From positions 3,166,104 to 3,198,103 of the forward strand of contig NC_004459.3 in NCBI RefSeq assembly GCF_000039765.1: a DNA stretch of 32,000 nt, given 5' to 3'. Shown here piece by piece: positions 25,976 through 32,000 of this stretch. The stretch comes from Vibrio vulnificus CMCP6. Lineage in GTDB: Bacteria > Pseudomonadota > Gammaproteobacteria > Enterobacterales > Vibrionaceae. A program made the translations under genes and the position numbers. Below the pieces are notes generated by a model that was not told the DNA's origin, searched no databases, and worked only from the letters and a program-made list of their open reading frames with translations. How positions within the stretch are numbered: position 1 is the first letter of the stretch; the number at the start of each line of letters is the position of its first letter.

Positions 25976-26638
25976 ATGAGACGAGCTGAAAAACAATTTG
26001 CGGTGATTGGCTTAGGTCGTTTTGGTCTGGCGGTGTGTCAGGAATTGACCGATTCAGGTGCTCAAGTGCTGGCCATCGACGTTAATGAAGAACGCGTCAA
26101 GCTAGCAGCTGGTTTTGTCACTCAAGCTCTAGTGGCCAACTGTACACATGAAGAGACCATGGCAGAGCTGAAATTGGATGACTACGACATGGTGATGGTC
26201 GCCATTGGTGCAGATATGAACTCCAGCATTTTAGCTACTCTGATTGCCAAAGAAGCGGGCGTCAAATCCGTTTGGGTCAAAGCCAACGACAAGTTCCAAG
26301 CTCGAGTTTTGCAAAAGATCGGCGCAGACCACATCATCATGCCGGAGCGCGATATGGGTATCCGCGTGGCGAGGAAGATGCTCGACAAACGCGTTCTTGA
26401 ATTTCACCCACTTGGCAGCGGCTTGGCCATGACTGAATTTGTGGTTGGTTCACGCTTAATGGGCAAAACCCTCGGAGAGTTGGCTTTGTGTAAAGTCCCC
26501 GGCGTGCAGGTACTTGGGTTTAAACGTGGCCCAGAACTGGTCAAAGCCCCAGAGTTAGATGTCGAACTCGAAATTGGTGACATGATCATTCTGGTTGGCC
26601 CACAAGATGCATTGGCAAACAAACTCAGTTCACTATGA
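25976..26638 (+). CDS. ktrA: K+ uptake system peripheral subunit KtrA (RCK/TrkA-N and TrkA-C domains)
   Basis: 220 aa with the Rossmann motif FAVIGLGRFGLAVCQEL. A 4-nt ATGA overlap with the following TrkH-family gene indicates translational coupling. Confidence 0.9.
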   Translation: MRRAEKQFAVIGLGRFGLAVCQELTDSGAQVLAIDVNEERVKLAAGFVTQALVANCTHEETMAELKLDDYDMVMVAIGADMNSSILATLIAKEAGVKSVWVKANDKFQARVLQKIGADHIIMPERDMGIRVARKMLDKRVLEFHPLGSGLAMTEFVVGSRLMGKTLGELALCKVPGVQVLGFKRGPELVKAPELDVELEIGDMIILVGPQDALANKLSSL

Positions 26639-28005
26639 ATCCATTTTCTTCTAACAACGGCTTGTTTTACCTCGCCGATAAAGCATCGAAACAGAGCAAA
26701 GGGAATGAGCCTCGCATCATTCTGCTTAGTTTTTTGGCCGTGCTATTACCCTCCGCAATCCTGCTGACATTGCCCGTTTTTTCTGTCTCAGGCTTGTCGA
26801 TAACCGATGCGCTTTTTACCGCAACATCCGCCATTAGTGTGACTGGACTTGGTGTGGTGGATACCGGCGAACACTTCACCTTAGCAGGAAAAATCTTGCT
26901 GATGCTGCTGATGCAAATCGGTGGTTTGGGACAAATGACGCTTTCTGCCGTGCTACTTTATATGTTTGGTGTGAAACTGAGCCTTCGCCAACAAGCGTTA
27001 GCCAAAGAGGCGCTTGGGCAAGATCGACAAGTGAATCTGCGTCGATTGGTGAAAAAAATCGTCATCTTCGCTTGTGTCGCAGAGTTGATCGGTTTTGTGT
27101 TATTGGCGTTTCGCTGGGTGCCGGAAATGGGCTGGCAAAGCGGGCTGTTTTACGCCCTTTTCCACGCCATTTCTGCATTTAACAATGCCGGCTTTGCGCT
27201 CTTTTCTGACAGCATGATGAGCTTCGTTGACGATCCTCTGGTCATCTTCACCCTCGCTGCACTGTTTATTTTCGGTGGCTTGGGATTCACTGTGGTGGGA
27301 GATGTGTGGATGAACTGGCGACGCGGTTTTCACTTCCTCCATTTGCACACCAAAATCATGTTAGTCGCCACCCCTGCACTGCTCATTATTGGTACGCTGT
27401 TATTCTTCGTCTTAGAGCAGCACAATGCCAATACAATGGGCGAGTTAAGCACTTCTGGGCAGTGGCTTGCCGCCTTTTTCCAATCCGCCAGCGCGCGAAC
27501 AGCCGGATTCAACAGTGTCGACCTCGCCCAGTTCACGCAACCAGCCCTACTGGTGATGATTGTGTTGATGCTAATTGGTGCAGGTTCAACCTCTACAGGT
27601 GGCGGGATCAAAGTCTCTACCTTCGCCGTCGCGTTTATGGCGACCTGGGCATTTTTGCGTCAAAAGAAACATGTGGTGATGTTTCAGCGCACCGTGAACT
27701 GGCCAACTGTGACCAAATCTCTCGCAATCATTGTGGTCAGCGGCGCAATTCTTACCACGGCGATGTTCTTACTCATGATCACCGAGCAAGCTCAGTTTGA
27801 CAAAGTGATGTTTGAAACCATCTCTGCATTTGCCACGGTCGGTTTAACGGCAGGCTTAACCGCTGAGCTTTCGGAACCGGGCAAGTACATCATGATCGTG
27901 GTGATGATCATCGGACGAATTGGGCCACTAACGCTGGCTTACATGCTGGCGAGGCCGGAACCCACCCTGATCAAATACCCTGAAGACACCGTATTGACGG
28001 GCTAG
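26635..28005 (+). CDS. ktrB: K+ uptake system membrane subunit KtrB (TrkH/KtrB family)
   Basis: 456 aa with four MPM repeats carrying selectivity-filter glycines (SVTGLGV, NNAGFAL, RTAGFNS, ATVGLTAG). Confidence 0.9.
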   Translation: MNPFSSNNGLFYLADKASKQSKGNEPRIILLSFLAVLLPSAILLTLPVFSVSGLSITDALFTATSAISVTGLGVVDTGEHFTLAGKILLMLLMQIGGLGQMTLSAVLLYMFGVKLSLRQQALAKEALGQDRQVNLRRLVKKIVIFACVAELIGFVLLAFRWVPEMGWQSGLFYALFHAISAFNNAGFALFSDSMMSFVDDPLVIFTLAALFIFGGLGFTVVGDVWMNWRRGFHFLHLHTKIMLVATPALLIIGTLLFFVLEQHNANTMGELSTSGQWLAAFFQSASARTAGFNSVDLAQFTQPALLVMIVLMLIGAGSTSTGGGIKVSTFAVAFMATWAFLRQKKHVVMFQRTVNWPTVTKSLAIIVVSGAILTTAMFLLMITEQAQFDKVMFETISAFATVGLTAGLTAELSEPGKYIMIVVMIIGRIGPLTLAYMLARPEPTLIKYPEDTVLTG

Positions 28006-28083
28006 CAAAGCACGCACAATATCTCATTTTAGAAACGGCGTTTCGAAAAATGACTGGCGTTTGCTTTCGCGAGCAGTAAAATC

Positions 28084-28125
28084 GTCGCAAACCAGCAAAA
28101 CTGGTTTGCGACTTTTATTTTCTTC
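28084..28125 (+). terminator. Strong rho-independent terminator after ktrB
   Basis: Perfect 12-bp stem GTCGCAAACCAG-caaaa-CTGGTTTGCGAC followed by TTTTATTTTCTTC. Confidence 0.85.
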
Positions 28126-28140
28126 TTGGGGGTAATCACC

Positions 28141-28608
28141 GTGTTTGTCGGTAAAACAACAGAGCTCGCCTTTACATCTTGTCTCTCTTCAAATCTCAAG
28201 CAAATCATTACGCAGGTAGTGGCTAAACTGGCTGAGCCCATTGAAGATGGGCGTCATGAGTTGGACGGCGACAACGCGTTCTTTCTGGTCATGAGTGACC
28301 ATACTCAGCCACTCGCGTTAAGAAAATCAGAATGCCACCAGCGCTACCTCGACGTACAAATTCTGTTAAGCGGGAAAGAGACGTTTGGCTACAGCTTGCT
28401 ACCGTTTGCCGCATTGGATGAAGACTATCTCGCAGAGCGCGACTTGGCATTTAGTCACCATGTTGTGGATGAAAAGTTTGTGACACTCGGCGAAAACGAG
28501 TTCATTATTTTCCCGCCAGGGCAGCCCCATCGTCCGCTTATCGCACCAGAAGGCGAAGGCTCACCCGTGCGTAAAGTGGTCATTAAGGTGGATGGCGCAA
28601 CGCTTTAA
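28141..28608 (+). CDS. YhcH/YjgK/YiaL-family (DUF386) beta-sandwich protein
   Basis: GDNAFFLVM...ECHQRYLDVQILLSGKE...FIIFPPGQPHRP...VRKVVIKV aligns with E. coli YhcH (GDNIFMNV...HEQYIDIQLLLNGEE...FMPGEPHKP...IKKVVVKV). The start is uncertain: GTG at 28141 (after GGGGG) or TTG at 28126. Confidence 0.75.
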   Translation: MFVGKTTELAFTSCLSSNLKQIITQVVAKLAEPIEDGRHELDGDNAFFLVMSDHTQPLALRKSECHQRYLDVQILLSGKETFGYSLLPFAALDEDYLAERDLAFSHHVVDEKFVTLGENEFIIFPPGQPHRPLIAPEGEGSPVRKVVIKVDGATL

Positions 28609-28625
28609 TCTCACTCAAGGTCCAT

Positions 28626-30290
28626 ATGATAAAACGATGCGCCAAGCACTTGGGCCGCATCGTTTCTCCCTCCAATATCGTGAGCTTTACTGGATTTAAA
28701 CCTCACACGACTTGCATGCCTGCCGTGCCACTTCCAGAATATCTGAAGAATCCATTTTTTGGGCTTGGTCCGTTGCGAACATTTATCCATAAAGCATTGA
28801 CGTATTGTTCTGTGATGTTGCTCTGCGCGTGTACATCACTCGAAAATCACTCACCGTTCGACAAGCAACCGAGCTACCAACTGGGCTACCAAGCCGACTC
28901 TCGCCTTTCGGCCTATCTTAACCATCATCCTCAAGACAGAGAAAACTTGACCGCTTTTTTCCCTCTGGACAAAGGGCATGATGCGCTTCTCGCGAGATTG
29001 GCGTTAATCGAGGCAGCCGATAAAACGCTCGATTTGCAATACTACATCTTCCGCAATGACGAAACCGGACAATTACTGACATGGCGTTTATTTGAAGCTG
29101 CCCAACGAGGGGTCCGAGTTAGAATTCTCCTCGATGATATGCAGAAAAGGAACGATGAAGGATTGGCTCGATTAAGCGCTCATCCCAACATTCAGATTCG
29201 CTTGTTTAACCCGCATCAATATCGAACGGCACGTACGCTTGCGATGGCCAGTGATTTTTCACGACTCAATCGGCGCATGCACAATAAGTCCCTCACCGCA
29301 GACAGTGTGGTGGCCATTGTTGGTGGCCGTAACATCGGTAACGAGTATTTTTCGGTTAACTCTCCAGTCGAATTTGGGGATTTTGATTTGATGCTTTATG
29401 GCAACAGCGTTGAACAGACCGCCGAGCAATTTGATTTGTATTGGAACAGTCTCCATGCCGTACCAATTGAGTGGCTCACCGACAACCCCATTCCCGTCAC
29501 CGAAGAGGAATTGCAAGCTTGGCTAAAAGAAACCCAACTAGAACAAAAGTTTACTCAAGGTCGATACGACTTTACTCAGTTGCAACTGTACCAACAGTTT
29601 ACCGATAAGAGTTTGGTTTGGTATTGGGGTAAAGGGCAGGTTTGGTATGATCTGCCTGACAAAGTCGACACACAAGCACCACAATTAGCAGACAACCTCG
29701 CTTCGCTTTTAAGAACCGTGAAGGATTCCCTCGTCCTTATCTCGCCCTATTTCGTTCCAACGGAACGCGGCACACAAGCCTTGGTAGAAGCGGCCCATCG
29801 CGGCGTCGACATCACTATTGTCACCAACAGCTTGGCCTCAAATGACGTCTTTGCTGTGCACGGCTGGTACGCCAAGTATCGACAAGATCTTGTCGAAGCG
29901 GGCATTCAGTTATGGGAAACCAAAGCCAGCGCAAGAATTGACAGCAAATGGAGTTTCACTGGCAGCAGCCGCTCAAGCCTGCATGCTAAAGTGCTGTTAA
30001 TCGACCACCGATTGCTGTTTGCCGGCTCCATGAACTGGGATCCTCGTTCGGCTTTGCTCAACACCGAAATGGCAGCAGTGATCGAACATCCTGATTACGT
30101 TCAATCGTCAGAAGCCAAATTGCCTATGGGTTTAGAAACCAATGCCTATCAGGTGCGAATGAAAAACGGTGAAGTGGCTTGGTTTGATCACCAATCTCAA
30201 GTTTGGTTTGATTCCGAACCGGAAGCCACGGTATGGCGGAAAATCGGCGCTTGGTTTGCTGGCATTTTACCCATTGAAGAGCAACTTTAG
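28626..30290 (+). CDS. Phospholipase D-superfamily protein with two HKD motifs, probably exported or lipid-anchored
   Basis: HxKxxxxD appears twice (MHNKSLTAD at aa 219-226, LHAKVLLID at aa 453-460). There is a hydrophobic segment ALTYCSVMLLCAC|TS with a lipobox-like LCAC about 69 aa into the track ORF. An internal TTG at 28773 would give a canonical 20-aa signal peptide, so the true start is uncertain. Confidence 0.85.
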   Translation: MIKRCAKHLGRIVSPSNIVSFTGFKPHTTCMPAVPLPEYLKNPFFGLGPLRTFIHKALTYCSVMLLCACTSLENHSPFDKQPSYQLGYQADSRLSAYLNHHPQDRENLTAFFPLDKGHDALLARLALIEAADKTLDLQYYIFRNDETGQLLTWRLFEAAQRGVRVRILLDDMQKRNDEGLARLSAHPNIQIRLFNPHQYRTARTLAMASDFSRLNRRMHNKSLTADSVVAIVGGRNIGNEYFSVNSPVEFGDFDLMLYGNSVEQTAEQFDLYWNSLHAVPIEWLTDNPIPVTEEELQAWLKETQLEQKFTQGRYDFTQLQLYQQFTDKSLVWYWGKGQVWYDLPDKVDTQAPQLADNLASLLRTVKDSLVLISPYFVPTERGTQALVEAAHRGVDITIVTNSLASNDVFAVHGWYAKYRQDLVEAGIQLWETKASARIDSKWSFTGSSRSSLHAKVLLIDHRLLFAGSMNWDPRSALLNTEMAAVIEHPDYVQSSEAKLPMGLETNAYQVRMKNGEVAWFDHQSQVWFDSEPEATVWRKIGAWFAGILPIEEQL

Positions 30291-30313
30291 CCCTAACTAG
30301 CAATGCCGCATCT

Positions 30314-31228
30314 TTAAATTTCGCGGCTCTCCATGGCGCTGCTTGATACAACACGGTTTTTGCCACTCTTTTTGCCTTGATACATTGCGGCATCAGCTTG
30401 GCGAATGACGTGATGAAACGAGAGTGCACCTTGATTGCATGCGACTCCGAAGCTTGCGGTGAAGTGGTAAGCACCCAGCGTACCCTTCGATTCATTGAAC
30501 TCATCTTGAATACAAGCGGCCAGATCGTAGGCACGTTTGGCATCAAAGTTCGGCAGTAAGATCAGGAACTCCTCCCCACCCCATCTTGCGCAGTAACCAT
30601 GCTGCCCAATGACTCTGCGAGTAATCTCAGCGATTCTCACTAAAACTTCGTCTCCGACATGATGCCCATATTGGTCATTGATAGTCTTGAAATCATCGAT
30701 ATCAAACAAAATCAGAGCAAAGTTCCCTGACACTTTCCCCGCCATATCGGCAAGATAGCGGCGGTTGACCAATCCCGTCAGTGCATCGGTGGTCGCCATT
30801 CTTTTTAGTTGTTCATTTTGTTCGATCAATGCGCGCTGCAATGTCACCAAACCCGCATGAGTGCGAACTCTGGCCAACACTTCCATCACCTCGAAAGGCT
30901 TTTGAATATAATCGACACCACCGATCTGAAATGCGCGCACTTTATCTTGAACATGATCTAAGGCGCTGAGAAAGATCACCGGGATATCTTGTGTCGAGGG
31001 ATCCTTTTTTAGCTGTCGACACAGTTCATAGCCATCCACCTCTGGCATCATGATGTCGAGCAATATCAAATCAGGTTTCTTTTTTTGGCACATGCGTAAT
31101 GCACTCTTGGCACTCAAAGCGCCTTTCACCAAATAACCTTCGTTTTGCAGCAACTGACTTAAAAGCTTGACGTTATCAACGGTATCATCAACAACCAAAA
31201 TTTCCGTATTCGATGGTTCTACTTTCAT
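30314..31228 (-). CDS. Response regulator with GGDEF output domain (diguanylate cyclase, PleD/WspR-like)
   Basis: REC domain (ILVVDD...LILLDIMMPEVDG...KP) followed by a GGDEF domain with an intact GGEEF motif (RWGGEEF). No RxxD I-site at the usual position upstream of GGEEF. Confidence 0.92.
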   Translation of the reverse strand: MKVEPSNTEILVVDDTVDNVKLLSQLLQNEGYLVKGALSAKSALRMCQKKKPDLILLDIMMPEVDGYELCRQLKKDPSTQDIPVIFLSALDHVQDKVRAFQIGGVDYIQKPFEVMEVLARVRTHAGLVTLQRALIEQNEQLKRMATTDALTGLVNRRYLADMAGKVSGNFALILFDIDDFKTINDQYGHHVGDEVLVRIAEITRRVIGQHGYCARWGGEEFLILLPNFDAKRAYDLAACIQDEFNESKGTLGAYHFTASFGVACNQGALSFHHVIRQADAAMYQGKKSGKNRVVSSSAMESREI

Positions 31229-31266
31229 CTGCTTTCATTGCGACGCTTTTCCCGCAATGCCCTTTT

Positions 31267-32000
31267 TTATTCTTGAAATAACTCGTAAAGCTCATCAAAT
31301 TGATAGTTCTCTACCAAGCTGTTTAGACGGGTGCGAACCTCACTGTTCGCTATCGTTTGTTCGAACAAGTAATAGAGCTCCTGCTGCTGCCCTTGCTCTA
31401 TCGCTTCAACAATATCTTGAGTCGACTCGTGGGTTAAATCATCCAAAAAGCTCAGATCCAAGTCATCGAAGGATGTGTTCTCTGCCTCGTCTTGCCTCTG
31501 TTCATAGTCATACTCGAGATCGAGATGCTTCTTCATCATGTAAAACAAATCTTGCGGCATAAACGGCTTACGCGCAAAATCGTCCATACCTGACGCTAAC
31601 ATCTCTTCTATCTCGTCATTAAAGACACTGGCGGTCAAGGCAACAATTTTTACCTGGCTGTTCTCTGAGGCGGCACGGATTTCTTTCGTCGCTTGCAAGC
31701 CATCTTTTTTCGGCATACGACGATCCATCCAAATAAAATCAGGGCCCCAACTCTTATGCAGAGCAACCGCTTCTTCGCCGTCTCTGGCCAGTTTGACGGT
31801 AAAGCCCGCTTCCTGCAAAAGCGTGGCAAGCAACGTCTGGTTGTCTAGCTGGTCTTCTGCGATCAAAATCTTAGGACTGAATGAACCACTTTTTAACCCT
31901 AAGACTCTGGGCAAATTCGCAGGCTTGTTTTCAACCAAATGCTCACTGGTTTCCATCACAAGACTGAATGAGAAAGTAGAGCCTCGATGAAGCTCACTTT
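31267..32000 (-). CDS. Hybrid sensor histidine kinase, C-terminal part (end of HATPase_c, receiver domain, acidic helical tail); 5' end lies outside the window
   Basis: The frame stays open from 31959 to the window edge and reads ...SELHRGSTFSFSL, a typical HATPase_c G2-box end. This is followed by REC (ILIAEDQLDNQ, FIWMDRRMPKKDG, ALTA, KP) and an 85-aa D/E-rich tail. The 'M' at 31959 in the track is an internal GTG/Val. Confidence 0.85.
   Translation of the reverse strand, partial: SELHRGSTFSFSLVMETSEHLVENKPANLPRVLGLKSGSFSPKILIAEDQLDNQTLLATLLQEAGFTVKLARDGEEAVALHKSWGPDFIWMDRRMPKKDGLQATKEIRAASENSQVKIVALTASVFNDEIEEMLASGMDDFARKPFMPQDLFYMMKKHLDLEYDYEQRQDEAENTSFDDLDLSFLDDLTHESTQDIVEAIEQGQQQELYYLFEQTIANSEVRTRLNSLVENYQFDELYELFQE

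Noticed and set aside
31267-31530. C-terminal 85-aa tail of the hybrid kinase as a built-in HPt domain.
   Set aside because: It has no H-x-x-K-G or any conserved His in a helical context (the only His is in LTHEST). The composition is strongly acidic. I treat it as an unknown tail, not HPt.
25586-32000. tRNA-Ser as the attachment site of a genomic island covering ktrAB, yhcH-like, PLD, GGDEF and the kinase.
   Set aside because: No integrase or mobility genes are present, and no direct repeat of the tRNA 3' end is visible downstream in the window. Composition looks like the rest of the window. ktrAB are housekeeping genes, and a tRNA gene also follows yejM in E. coli (synteny).
1-32000. CRISPR arrays, IS elements, integrons/VCR-type repeats, toxin-antitoxin pairs and recognised defence-system gene sets.
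   Set aside because: No regularly spaced direct repeats, transposase or integrase-like ORFs, or terminal inverted repeats were seen on either strand. The PLD-family gene carries an export signal and two phospholipase-type HKD motifs, and it lacks partner genes typical of defence systems.

Overview
This window reads as conserved core chromosome of a Vibrio-type gammaproteobacterium. That is my inference from gene content and order; no database was searched. I can support about 31 protein-coding genes, one tRNA-Ser(UGA) and about a dozen hairpin terminators. I found no transposase, integrase, prophage gene, CRISPR array or IS-like terminal repeats. Gene order: rnfD-rnfG-rnfE-nth-gloA > Cys/His-rich hypothetical > < motY | rnt > NhaC-superfamily transporter > < DsbA-like < grxD | sodB > hypothetical > degenerate SDR > < adhE | 650-bp AT-rich control region | ychE-like > Kv-type K+ channel > < orphan type IV pilin < asd | NhaC-family antiporter > < lipoprotein < membrane HPt protein < yejK | yejL > yejM > tRNA-Ser > ktrA > ktrB > yhcH-like > PLD-family protein > < REC-GGDEF < hybrid histidine kinase (runs off the window). 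Most of this is ordinary housekeeping DNA. The best candidate for an undescribed system is a two-gene unit at 19627..22230. It encodes a sensor-shaped inner-membrane protein whose only signalling domain is a C-terminal HPt, followed by a helical lipoprotein that also carries a C-terminal TM anchor and four 11-residue repeats. The architecture resembles the enterobacterial RcsD/RcsF pair. An HPt-less hybrid kinase plus REC-GGDEF operon about 9 kb away could be its phosphorelay partners, but that link is purely inferential. Secondary curiosities:
- a voltage-gated K+ channel with a C-terminal zinc ribbon, preceded by a near-consensus Cra/LacI-type operator
- an isolated pilin gene with no assembly genes nearby
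- an SDR-fold protein lacking the catalytic Tyr/Lys
- an FNR-type site with class II promoter geometry, plus repeat motifs, in the adhE control region
- a strong terminator abutting the start of a yhcH-like/PLD gene pair
All motif calls were made by eye, and several are statistically weak; this is stated where relevant.
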